NCBI GenBank assembly: GCA_002269645.1
Contig: NIVC01000897.1
Span: 62,001-126,000, forward strand
Direction: 5' to 3'
DNA from: Macrostomum lignano
Taxonomy: Eukaryota
DNA: 64,000 nt
The notes under the pieces are model-generated. The model was not told where the DNA came from, ran no database searches, and was given only the letters and a program-made list of their open reading frames with translations. The translations under genes were made by a program, and so were the position numbers. Of the stretch, positions 36,801-58,391 are shown piece after piece. The number at the start of each line of letters is the position of its first letter. Positions within the stretch are counted from its first letter, which is position 1.

Positions 36801-39800
36801 TAGTTTTTGGGAATCAGTGCAAATCCTTGTAGTTTTTGGGATCAGTGCAAATCATTGTAGTTTTTGGGGATCAGTGCAAATCCTTGTAGTTTTTGGGAAT
36901 CAGTGCAAATCCTTGTAGTTTTTGGGGATCAGTGCAAATCATTGTAGTTTTTGGGGATCAGTGCAAATCCTTGTAGTTTTTGGGGATCAGTGCAAATCCT
37001 TGTAGTTTTTGGGATCAGTGCAAATCCTTGTAGTTTTTGGGGATCAGTGCAAATCCTTGTAGTTTTTGGGGATCAGTGCAAATCCTTGTAGTTTTTGGGA
37101 TCAGTGCAAATCATTGTAGTTTTTGGGGATCAGTGCAAATCCTTGTAGTTTTTGGGAATCAGTGCAAATCCTTGTAGTTTTTGGGGATCAGTGCAAATCC
37201 TTGTAGTTTTTGGGATCAGTGCAAATCCTTGTAGTTTTTGGGGATCAGTGCAAATCCTTGTAGTTTTTGGGATCAGTGCAAATCCTTGTAGTTTTTGGGG
37301 ATCAGTGCAAATCCTTGTAGTTTTTGGGATCAGTGCAAATCCTTGTAGTTTTTGGGGATCAGTGCAAATCCTTGTAGTTTTTGGGGATCAGTGCAAATCC
37401 TTGTAGTTTTTGGGATCAGTGCAAATCCTTGTAGTTTTTGGGGATCAGTGCAAATCCTTGTAGTTTTTGGGATCAGTGCAAATCCTTGTAGTTTTTGGGG
37501 ATCAGTGCAAATCCTTGTAGTTTTTGGGGATCAGTGCAAATCCTTGTAGTTTTTGGGATCAGTGCAAATCCTTGTAGTTTTTGGGGATCAGTGCAAATCC
37601 TTGTAGTTTTTGGGGATCAGTGCAAATCCTTGTAGGTTGGGGATCAGTGCAAATCCTTGTAGTTTTTGGGGATCAGTGCAAATCCTTGTAGTTGGGGATC
37701 AGTGCAAATCCTTGTAGTTTTTGGGGATCAGTGCAAATCCTTGTAGTTTGGGGATCAGTGCAAATCCTTGTAGTTGGGGATCAGTGCAAATCCTTGTAGT
37801 TTGGGGATCAGTGCAAATCCTTGTAGTTTGGGGATCAGTGCAAATCCTTGTAGTTTGGGGATCAGTGCAAATCCTTGTAGTTTGGGGATCAGTGCAAATC
37901 CTTGTAGTTTTTGGGGATCAGTGCAAATCCTTGTAGTTTTTGGGGATCAGTGCAAATCCTTGTAGTTTGGGGATCAGTGCAAATCCTTGTAGTTTTTGGG
38001 GATCAGTGCAAATCCTTGTAGTTTTTGGGGATCAGTGCAAATCCTTGTAGTTTTTGGGGATCAGTGCAAATCCTTGTAGTTTTTGGGGATCAGTGCAAAT
38101 CCTTGTAGTTTTTGGGGATCAGTGCAAATCCTTGTAGTTTTTGGGGATCAGTGCAAATCCTTGTAGTTTTTGGGGATCAGTGCAAATCCTTGTAGTTTTT
38201 GGGGATCAGTGCAAATCCTTGTAGTTTTTGGGGATCAGTGCAAATCATTGTAGTTTTTGGGGATCAGTGCAAATCCTTGTAGTTTTTGGGGATCAGTGCA
38301 AATCCTTGTAGTTTTTGGGGATCAGTGCAAATCCTTGTAGTTTTTGGGGATCAGTGCAAATCCTTGTAGTTTTTGGGGATCAGTGCAAATCCTTGTAGTT
38401 TTTGGGGATCAGTGCAAATCCTTGTAGTTTTTGGGGATCAGTGCAAATCCTTGTAGTTTTTGGGGATCAGTGCAAATCCTTGTAGTTTTTGGGGATCAGT
38501 GCAAATCCTTGTAGTTTTTGGGGATCAGTGCAAATCCTTGTAGTTTTTGGGGATCAGTGCAAATCCTTGTAGTTTTTGGGGATCAGTGCAAATCCTTGTA
38601 GTTTTTGGGGATCAGTGCAAATCCTTGTAGTTTTTGGGGATCAGTGCAAATCCTTGTAGTTTTTGGGGATCAGTGCAAATCCTTGTAGTTGGGGATCAGT
38701 GCAAATCCTTGTAGTTTTTGGGGATCAGTGCAAATCCTTGTAGTTGGGGATCAGTGCAAATCCTTGTAGTTTGGGGATCAGTGCAAATCCTTGTAGTTTG
38801 GGGATCAGTGCAAATCCTTGTAGTTTGGGGATCAGTGCAAATCCTTGTAGTTTGGGGATCAGTGCAAATCCTTGTAGTTTTTGGGGATCAGTGCAAATCC
38901 TTGTAGTTTGGGGATCAGTGCAAATCCTTGTAGTTTGGGGATCAGTGCAAATCCTTGTAGTTTGGGGATCAGTGCAAATCCTTGTAGTTTGGGGATCAGT
39001 GCAAATCCTTGTAGTTTGGGGATCAGTGCAAATCCTTGTAGTTTGGGGATCAGTGCAAATCCTTGTAGTTTGGGGATCAGTGCAAATCCTTGTAGTTTTT
39101 GGGGATCAGTGCAAATCCTTGTAGTTTGGGGATCAGTGCAAATCCTTGTAGTTTGGGATCAGTGCAAATCCTTGTAGTTTGGGGATCAGTGCAAATCCTT
39201 GTAGTTTGGGGATCAGTGCAAATCCTTGTAGTTTGGGGATCAGTGCAAATCCTTGTAGTTTGGGGATCAGTGCAAATCCTTGTAGTTTGGGGATCAGTGC
39301 AAATCCTTGTAGTTTGGGGATCAGTGCAAATCCTTGTAGTTTGGGGATCAGTGCAAATCCTTGTAGTTGGGGATCAGTGCAAATCCTTGTAGTTGGGGAT
39401 CAGTGCAAATCCTTGTAGTTGGGGATCAGTGCAAATCCTTGTAGGTTGGGGATCAGTGCAAATCCTTGTAGTTGGGGATCAGTGCAAATCCTTGTAGGTT
39501 GGGGATCAGTGCAAATCCTTGTAGTTGGGGATCAGTGCAAATCCTTGTAGTTGGGGATCAGTGCAAATCCTTGTAGTTTGGGGATCAGTGCAAATCCTTG
39601 TAGTTTGGGGATCAGTGCAAATCCTTGTAGTTGGGGATCAGTGCAAATCCTTGTAGTTGGGGATCAGTGCAAATCCTTGTAAGGTTGGGGATCAGTGCAA
39701 ATCCTTGTAGTTTGGGGATCAGTGCAAATCCTTGTAGTTTGGGGATCAGTGCGAATCCTTGTAAGGTTGGGGGATCAGTGCAAATCCTTGTAGTTTGGGG

Positions 39801-40010
39801 ATCAGTGCGAATCCTTGTAAGGTTGGGGGATCAGTGCAAATCCTTGTAGTTTGGGGATCAGTGCAAATCCTTGTAGTTTGGGGATCAGTGCAAATCCTTG
39901 TAGTTTGGGGATCAGTGCAAATCCTTGTAGTTTGGGGATCAGTGCAAATCCTTGTAGTTGGGGATCAGTGCAATCCTTGTAGTTTGGATCAGTGCAAATC
40001 CTTGTAGTTT
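33850..40010. repeat. About 6.2-kb satellite array of 26-29-bp units (GGGGATCAGTGCAAATCCTTGTAGTTTTT)n, intergenic
   Basis: More than 200 tandem units, no spacers. Confidence 0.99.
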
Positions 40011-41700
40011 TTCAGTGGGCAGCGGTAGCAGACAGACTGGGGATACTGAAGCGCAAGCATGAAATAGTGATTGAATGGCATGTGAAGCTGTGAGTCCTCA
40101 GCTACAGAGGCAAACCGAGGCGAAGGAATTATCTATTAAAATCTAGAAACTAGAAAAACCCGCATATTTTGCTACTCAAAGTAGCAGAAAAAGAGTTATT
40201 TCACACTCTAACTAGCTAAATATTGCTTTAAATGGTGAGACGCTTGAAAATGAAGTCAAGCCAGTCTTAATTTGCATCTAAGCTATTGCAATAAATTCAG
40301 AGAGAAAGCTCAATTGACTTTCTGCCTTGCGTCTGACCTAAAAAATGCGCCTCTTTGTCCGCTTGCATTTCTGCATTTTCAGTCTCAATCAAGCGGTCGC
40401 AGGTTGAATAGTGTCGAGTGTGGGAGAGGGCGAGTGGGGGCTCAAGGCTCCGTTCGGATTGTCTCAAATTACAGCAACATTCGGCCGCGTGTCAGGCTGG
40501 GCAGTCTTGCATTCGAAATTAGTTTGAATTCGAACAAATTGGTCGCCTCTGGCCCTTTTTGATTTCCTGTAGCCTTTTGCAATGCTATTTTAGGATATTA
40601 TAAGCATCATATTGTTGTCTGACTGTCTGAAACTTCAATAACACATTTTTAAATTAACAGCTTAACTAGCAGATTATATTATAAGTTCGATCGGTAACGC
40701 AGCACTCGACTAGCACAGCAACTGACTTGCTGGCAGATCTCGGTCGCAATCCTTGCCCACCAGCCCCTGGCTGAAACTGCGCAGTCCCCAAAGTTGTTGT
40801 TGGTGCAGCGCCCTCTGTTTTCGTTAAAGCCGAATTGCTCTTCGCTACAAACCAGCCGATTCCCAGGCAGCAGAAGCAGCAGCAGTAATTGAATACAGTA
40901 AAAAAAGAAGCAGAAAAAGTTTCAGACCCCCCAAGTAAAGAAGTGAGAGGTGGAGAACCAGAGAAAAGCAGCACTTGCCCGCCGCGGAGAGCCCGAAAAG
41001 CTGTGCAAAACCCCCGTCTCCACCGGACTGGAACCAGCCGAACGGAAATGAAAGAAGAAACAAAGCCAACGAAGAAGAAGAAGAAGAAAACGCATATAAA
41101 TAGGCGTCAGTTTTAGAGACGACCAGGCGAGAGCGGCGGCGGCGGAGGCGCGCATTCCGAGGACAGCTTGGCGAGCTGACTGTCTGCAGATGGTGAGAGC
41201 ACCGGCTATAGTTGTAGAGCTGAACCCGAAGGGGAGCTGCTTGAACTGACACACCGCCTGACAGCACTGTGTCATGGAGCTGCTCTCTTGCTGGTTCCTC
41301 TTCTGTCTTCAGGCCAACCCGCAGTTCTCTGATCCCAGTTCGCATGGTACAAATAAACTACCTTTTGCATGATCAGCATGTTTAAAAATTGCCTTTTCGA
41401 TTTGTCTTTTTTATTTGTGTGTAATTGAGAGGGGCGCAGATACAACTGGGAAAGGGAGGAAAATATTTACAGTATAGCAAGTGATTGTCACTAAAAAGTT
41501 AATCTCCTCGGGCATTATACGAGCGATAAGAAAGTGTTTGATTATTGAATAGGTTAGTGTAAAAGGTGACACCGCAGGTGCACTGCATGATTTAAAACAA
41601 TTTTACATACACATGGAGCAATCCGCCATTAGCTTTGCTACATAATCTAAGTGAGTTACCAGTAGCACACAGCCGGAGGCTGAGAAAGATACATGAAAGC

Positions 41701-44700
41701 TCAAATGGCCCACCAGCGACATCCGTCGCCAGACATGGTCACTGTTGCCGCCTCGCCGTCGTCGCCTTCGCCTTCACCGTCGCTGTCCGGTCCACTAGAA
41801 AACTGGGCATCGGCTTCGTCTCTGCCCTTGTACTCAAAGCTGGCGCTTCTGTCTTCTTGTCTCTCACTGCCCGAGCTCCAGCTGCCAACAAATCCAGTTT
41901 CGATGCTCCCGGCTTTGCTGCTACCGACAAATCCTGCTGGATCCTTGTCTGATCCGTCTTGCATCTCGTTGCTGCTCGATTCTTTATTGCATCGCTCTTT
42001 GATCTTGCCGACATTGTCGTTGAGCTCACCAGTTGTGGATTGCTTGCCGCTGGCCAGGGTGACTGCCGCGCTCTCTTCGTTGTCCAGCTCGGCCAGGAAT
42101 TGCTCGACTTTGCTCCGGCCCAGAATGCGAGCGCAGTCAAGCGCCGTGAGGTCCCAGCGATCGCGCAGGCGTCGGTCGACGCGGCAGACGCTGCAGAGGA
42201 ACTGAACAGCGGCCAGGCGGCCCTCCGACGCGGCCACGTGTAGAGGGGTGCGGCTGTCGTAGTCACAGGAGTTCATGTCGTGGCCCTGTGACGGAGTGGA
42301 CAGCACTGTCAATGTTAGCCTTCAGCCAAATTCCCCTCATGGAATTCCCTTCATGGAACTCCCACATGGAACTCCCACATGGAATTCCCCACATGGAATT
42401 CCCTTCATGAAATTTTCTTCATGGAATTCCCCTCATCGAATTCCCCTTATGGAATTCCCTAATGGAATTCCTCTAATGGAACTCCCCTCACCGAATTCCC
42501 CTCACCGAATTCCCCTCACCGAATTCCCCTCACCGAATTCCCCTCACCGAATCCCCCTCACCGAATTCCCCTCAACGAATTCCCCTCACCGAATTCCCCT
42601 CACCGAATTCCCCTCACCGAATTCCCCTCACCGAATTCCCCTCACCGAATTCCCCTCTCCGAATTCCCCTCACCGAATTCCCCTCTCCGAATTCCCCTCA
42701 CCGAATTCCCCTCACCGAATTCCCCTCACAAAATTCCCCTCACAGAATTCCCCTCACAGAATTCCCCTCACCGAATTCCCCTCACCGAATTCCCCTCACA
42801 GAATTCCCCTCACCGAATGCCGAATTCCCCTCACCGAATGCCGAATTCCCCTCACCGAATGCCGAATTCCCCTCACCGAATGCCGAATTCCCCTCACCGA
42901 ATGCCGAATTCCCCTCACCGAATGCCGAATTCCCCATTCTTCACTTCTAGGCATACCCAGACTGAATCCCCCGCTAGCTCCTCACCGTCAAGTAGAACCG
43001 CCGCAGGCAGGCGATGTCGCCGTCTCTAGCCGCGTACAGCATGGTGGAGACAGCGTCGAACCTGGCTCTGCCCGAGTCGGCCAGCCGGCCAGTCGGGTCC
43101 AGCTTCCTGTTGTGCAGCAGCGAGTCGTACAGGTGAAAGCTGTACTGGCGCACCAGCAGCTCGCAGAAGTGCAGCGACCTGGCGGACACGCGGCCCTGCA
43201 GCAGCCGCGGGGAGTACAGGCAGAGGCCCATGACATTCGGCAGCACAGCCAAGAGGCAGCCGCTGACGCCCGCGGTGGCCGGTAAGCCGCATTTGAAGGC
43301 GAATCGGCCAGAGTGCCGGCCAAGCCCGCAGCTGTGCATCACCGACAGGGTGCTGCGGGTGGCAGCCGGGCTGAGCACCCGGTCCTCGGTCAGGGGGCAG
43401 ACTCCGCCGTTAGCCAGGGCAGCCGCGATCAGGGCCCCGGCCTTGAATTGGAGAATTGGGGATCGGGTCTGCTTGACTCCATTGTGCTTGATTGGCCCAT
43501 TCTTTGCACTCTCCACACCCCTAATTTCCAACTTCATTTTCCTCTTTGTCTTCCTCTCTGTCTCCCCCTCTTTGTCTCCCTACTCTCTCTCTCCCCTCTT
43601 TGTCTCCCTTTCTCTCTGTCTCCCACTCCGTCTCCCACTCTCTGTCTCCCACTCTCTGTCTCCCACTCTCTGTCTCCCACTCTCTGTCTCCCCCTCTCTG
43701 TCTCCCCCTCTCTGTCTCCCACTCTCTTTCTCCCACTCTCTGTCTCCCCCTCTCTGTCTCCCACTCTCTGTCTCCCCCTCTCTGTCTCCCCCTCTCTGTC
43801 TCCCACTCTCTGTCTCCCACTCTCTGTCTCCCACTCTCTGTCTCCCGCCTCACTCCACCTCACAACCTCTCGCCTCGTGTGTTATCTCCGGTAGTATTAG
43901 TGAACTGATTTTAGAAATTTGGCGAATGCATTCTACACAAATTCGCCGAATAGGTAAATAAGTAGTCAAAACGAGCATGAGTTATATAATTTCTCTACGT
44001 TAGCAAAACCTAACAAAATCCGCACCTGACAGTCAATAGAGAAGGACGCCAACTGCAGGTGCAAATCCATGGCGTCTGTAGCCTGTGCACCGGGCGGGAA
44101 GGCGCCCAGCTCCATCAGGCGGTAAGCGGCAGCCCAGTTGTGATAATTGGCCTCCCGCTGCGACAGGTACGAGCCCGTGTGCACCGACACTGAGCCTCCG
44201 GCCAGCAGGCGGCTGTAGACACGGCACAGGGCGGAGAACCGAGCGGACAGCGGGTCCTGCGGCGAGCCGATCAGGGCGGCGGTGAGCAGCGCGCCGGAGC
44301 CCGTCAGCGGGTTGAATGGCTTGCCATCCGGACCGATCTCTAAGCCTTCGTGGTGTACACCTGTTTGGATTCACCATTCTCTCATGCTGTCATTCTGTTG
44401 TAATTTTGCAAATCTGTAATGCTGACATTCTGTTATTCAGCCACTCTGCCATTCTGCCATTCTGCCATTCTGCCATTTTGCCATTCTACCATTTTGCCAT
44501 ATTGCCATTTTGCCATTCTACCATTTTGCCATATTGCCATTTTGCCATTCGGCCATTTTGCTATTCTGTCACTCTGCTATTCTGCCATTCTGCCATTCTG
44601 CTATTTTGCCATTCTGCCATTTTTATATTTTTCAGTTTTCTATTCTGCCATTCTGCCATTCTGCCATTCTGCTATTCTGCCATTCTGCCATTCTGCCATT

Positions 44701-47136
44701 CTGCCATTCTGCTATTCTGCCATTCTGCCATTCTGCTATTCTGCCATTCTGCCATTCTGCCATTCTGCCATTCTGCCATTCTGCTATTCTGCCATTCTGC
44801 CATTCTGCTATTCTGCCATTTTGCCATTCTGCCATTCTGCCATTCTGCCATTCTGCTATTCTGCCATTCTGCCATTCTGCCATTTTTCCATTCTTTCATG
44901 CCGTCATTCCGTCATTCTGCAGCAGAAATGAATGAACAATTGCTCACCAACTGGCTCATAGCCAACAAATTGGTGCACAACAACCGGTCCCTTCTCCGTC
45001 AGCGCCACAGCATAGGTGATTGGCTGGCTGCAGTCCTGCAGGCAGAAGGCCGCTCGAGAATCGCCAAGCGACAGCCGCTGACCGTCCACGGTGCACAGCG
45101 AGATGCCCCACGAATCGGGGTCGGCCTGGGTGAGCTCTGGGGTCAGGCGGCTCACCTCACCGACGTTACACTCTTGCCGCGCTTGCCTGAGCGGGTGGAT
45201 TAAGTGCATTATCGCTTGCTGGCCCAGTCACCGGAAGCTAGTGTCACAATGGAAGCTAGTGTCACAATGGAAGCTAGTGTCACAATGGAAGCTAGTGTCA
45301 CAATGGAAGCTAGTGTCACAGTGGAAGCTAGTGTCACAATGGAAGCTAGTGTCACAATGGAAGCTGCTGTCACAATGGAAGCTAGTGTCACAATGGAAGC
45401 TAGTGTCACAATGGAAGCTAGTGTCACAATGGAAGCTAGTGTCACAATGGAAGCTAGTGTCACAGTGGATCCCACTGGAACAATTTGTGTCCTTGAGTAA
45501 GACGACACTTAGCTCTGCATTGCTTCAGTTCACCCAGCTGTAAAATGGGTGCCAGCATTAGCTGGGGTAACTGAGGCTGTGTGTGGCGACCCCACAGTCC
45601 TTGGACTGAACAGCCGTACGCAGCCTTCAGATGCGCCGCGCAATAGCTGCGGCTGAGCTGTCGGTTGCACATCTGGCCCAATTGGGACAGGTGTAATCAA
45701 ATAATGTCAGAAATTTTCACTACACAGCAACATAAAATACAACAGAGTAACATGTTTTGCATGCTTAGTTAAAAGAATGTTAATATTCAATGTCCCGGAT
45801 CAAATGCAATCATTGATTATGTGATGAGAGAATGATTTTCCCTATCTCCGCAGTGCATTTTTGCCACTGCTTGCTATCTGGGGGTGCTTGCTATCTGGGG
45901 ATGCTTGCTATCTGGGGGGGGAGTGCTGGCTACCTTGGGGTGCTTGCTATCTGGGGGGGGGAGGGTGCTTGCTATCTGCGGGATGCTTGCTATCTGGGGG
46001 ATGCTTGCTATCTGCGGGGTGCTTGCTATCTGGGGGGGGGGAGTGCTGGCTACCTTGGGGGTGCTTGCTATCTGGGGGGGGGGTGCTTGCTATCTGCGGG
46101 ATGCTTGCTATCTGGGGGTGCTTGCTATCTGGGGGATGCTTGCTATCTGGGGGGGGGTGCTTGCTATCTGGGGGGGTGCTTGCTATCTGCGGGATGCTTG
46201 CTATCTGGGGGTGCTTGCTATCTGGGGGGGGGGTGCTTGCTATCTGCGGGATGCTTGCTATCTGGGGGTGCTTGCTATCTGGGGGGGGGTGCTTGCTATC
46301 TGGGGGGGGGGTGCTTGCTATCTGCGGGATGCTTGCTATCTGGGGGTGCTTGCTATCTGGGGGATGCTTGCTATCTGGGGGGGAGTGCTGGCTATCTTGG
46401 GGGTGCTTGCTATCTGGGGATGCTTGCTATCTGGGGGGTGCTTGCTATCTGGGGGATGCTTGCTATCTGGGGGTGCTTGCTATCTGGGGGATGCTTGCTA
46501 TCTGGGGGGGGAGTGCTGGCTATCTTGGGGGTGCTTGCTATCTGCGGGATGCTTGCTATCTTTTGTGAAGGCTTTATTTTGTTGTGACCTTTTGTTTGCT
46601 ATAAGAGCTTTATAGCAAACATCTTTGTCCGTGACAATTTTACTCGAATAAGGTGATTTATAATAATGAAGAAGGAATTTGTTCTTAAGAAAATGTGCTT
46701 TTTAATGGATTTGCATGAATAATTTTTTGCTCCTTGCTTATTAGGCGCCCCGAAGGGGGGCACTAGATTGCTAGTCAAATATTAAAAGCAACCCAACAAC
46801 AATGCCCACTCACTCAAACAGCATCTCGATAGTCTGCGCAAATCCGACAAAGTCGCGCACAATGAGCTCATTGCGCAGCACCTTGAGCAGAAAGACGCTG
46901 CCAGTGGCCGAGAAGATTCGCTCAACCGACTCTTTGCTGAAGGCGGCCTCGCCCTCATTGTCTGACATTGCGGCCAGCAGCTGCTGCAGGTTGGCCTTGA
47001 TGCGCGGGTCCCGCTTGTCGATGCCCTCGGTGCGCAGCCAGGCGGTCAGCTTGGCGGCCCGGATCAGGCCGAGGTCCTCGGCGCTGTAGCGGACAGCCGA
47101 AGGCGCTGCTACCTGCGAGACAGTCTGAGTCTGCAT
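41701..47136 (-). CDS. GLS: Glutaminase-like protein (N-terminal EF-hand-like bundle, glutaminase domain, ankyrin repeats), catalytic residues substituted; 5 exons: 46814-47136, 44948-45186, 44026-44360, 42986-43441, 41701-42285 (about 645 aa)
   Basis: WGISLCTVDGQRLSLGD..FCLQ, GYEP, KPFNP, ALANGGVCPLT, MHSCG..SGRFAFKCGLPA..GVSG..LPNVMGLCLYSP, YAARDGDIACLRRF, DYDSRTPLHVAASEG, DRWDLTALDCA all match GLS/GLS2 architecture. 4 GT-AG introns, phase-consistent, no frameshift or internal stop. Confidence 0.92.
42325..42932. repeat. 14-bp (CCGAATTCCCCTCA)n grading into a 21-bp variant
   Basis: Seen directly in intron 42286-42985. Confidence 0.95.
43550..43845. repeat. 14-bp pyrimidine-rich repeat (CTCTCTGTCTCCCA)n
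   Basis: Seen directly. Confidence 0.93.
44405..44920. repeat. 8-bp repeat (TTCTGCCA)n
   Basis: Seen directly. Confidence 0.95.
45234..45466. repeat. 18-bp minisatellite (GGAAGCTAGTGTCACAAT)n
   Basis: About 13 units abutting SINE copy B. Confidence 0.96.
45471..45700 (+). mobile_element. Same SINE, copy B (5'-truncated, lacks tRNA head), in the glutaminase-like gene intron
   Basis: About 230 nt nearly identical to 51090-51333, including CACCCAGCTGTAAAATGGGT and the 3' end GGTTGCACATCTGGCC..CAGGTGTAATCAA. Confidence 0.8.
45870..46560. repeat. G-rich variable-length repeat GCTTGCTATCT(G)n
   Basis: Units with runs of 4-10 G. Confidence 0.94.
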
Positions 47137-47730
47137 TGCTCAGCTTGGGAGAGAAGACAGTTCTGTGCTGTGTCTGTAAAACCGTGCCAGAAAATTGATT
47201 ATATTCTCTTGAGACTGCGTTTGTTTAATGCGTAATGCAAATATTAGCACTATCGCACCACGGCTAGATGAGTGAGTTTCAATTTAAACTCAATTAATTG
47301 CGTGCAAAGCGCGATGAACCCTAGTTGGGCCCCCCCTGAGATGTCTCTGTGATGCAATCTTACAAGAACACAAGAAGGTCATCAAAAATTTTATAAGCGA
47401 CGAAGTAAACCTTCGTGAAAGCTAATAACCAACGATTCAATATAGAGAAACAGATTTACTCAAAGTAGCCCCCAGTAGCAACAAGATTACATCATAGCCA
47501 AGGCCTCAAAACCAACTATAACTTTAAACGCTGCATAGAACGTGCCGATTCTCACGCACAGACTGGGTAATTTTTCTAACTCTCCACAATGCCCCAGTTT
47601 CATAATAATTTCGTCAGTAAAGCAATAAAGCTATTACAACTCACACTACTGCCAGTAGCTTCGCGGGTTAAAGATTCCATTCTTAGTGTGGTTGAGTCAC
47701 TTATTATTATTAATATAATAATAATAATAT

Positions 47731-48048
<318 letters not shown>

Positions 48049-49095
48049 CTTTTACTCTGCAAGTTCGACAAGAACTCGGAAATACACCGTTAACAGAAAT
48101 AACTGTGTGGCTGACTATATTTTAGTATGCAATGGCAGAAATGATTTTTATCTATCTGCTTTGTAGACCATTTTATTGACTAAACGCATTTTAATATCTC
48201 AGCCGCGCAATGATATTAGCGATAGAAATATAGATACACAACACACTTAAGACACTGCACACTGGGCTACTTGCAGTAGGTAGGCTAGAAAGATAACTGT
48301 GCATTAATCAGAGACTATAGCATAAGGAATTGATAGCGTTGCAGTTACTCTTAAGGATTAATTCACTTAACGGATTAAATATATCTAAGTAAAATTTATT
48401 ACATACCAATACGCTCGTACAACATAATTATTTAAATTACTATTATGCAGTGGCAGAATAAAACCATTTATAACAGCTTGCATACGTGATGCTACTCACT
48501 AATATATGGCAGTAGTCGTTATGACATGGTGTGACAGCTTGTAATAAGCTACAGTTAAAACTTGAAGGTAAAATCGCAAGGAGATTCTTGTCAGCCAAAA
48601 AGACGCAAAGTGCGCAATGCTACGATATTGTCTCACTGAGGTATGCACGAGAATTTGATAGATCTAGCATTTTGAGCTATCATGGTTCCCGTCCTTACTT
48701 GTGACACTGCCTCAGATCAGACTCGTAGCTCGCACAGCTTCAAAGGATTTAGGAAATTTCAGGAGGTCAGGAGACAATCATGTCAACGAAGGTTTAAAAA
48801 ATCCGGAAAGTTCCTATTTCTCCGATTTGATTATAGAGTCAAGGTACGATTAGATTAGAAAGTCAGGGCGTGCACCCCGTGTGAGCTGTGTGTGAGCATG
48901 TGCCTGAGTACAGTATCAACGCGCTTGTATGTGGTCAGGAGTCAGCGGAATGTGCTGAATCGCCTCAGCGTTGGTTGTTGGGACGATGTCTGCGTCCTAA
49001 TAAGTGGTGCAGTGCAAAGCTGTCAGTGACGCGTTGTGCCCTCCCAGTTAGTTGAGCTGTCAGCTCAGAACACGCCATCCGCAATGCGTCAGCAC

Positions 49096-58391
<9,296 letters not shown>

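Noticed and set aside
33850-40010. CRISPR-like array (about 28-bp hairpin-containing repeats)
   Set aside because: Units are directly adjacent with no unique spacers, there are no cas genes, and the context is eukaryotic.
41701-47136. Calling the glutaminase-like locus a pseudogene
   Set aside because: No stops or frameshifts are present, all splice sites are canonical and in phase, and substitutions concentrate on catalytic residues.
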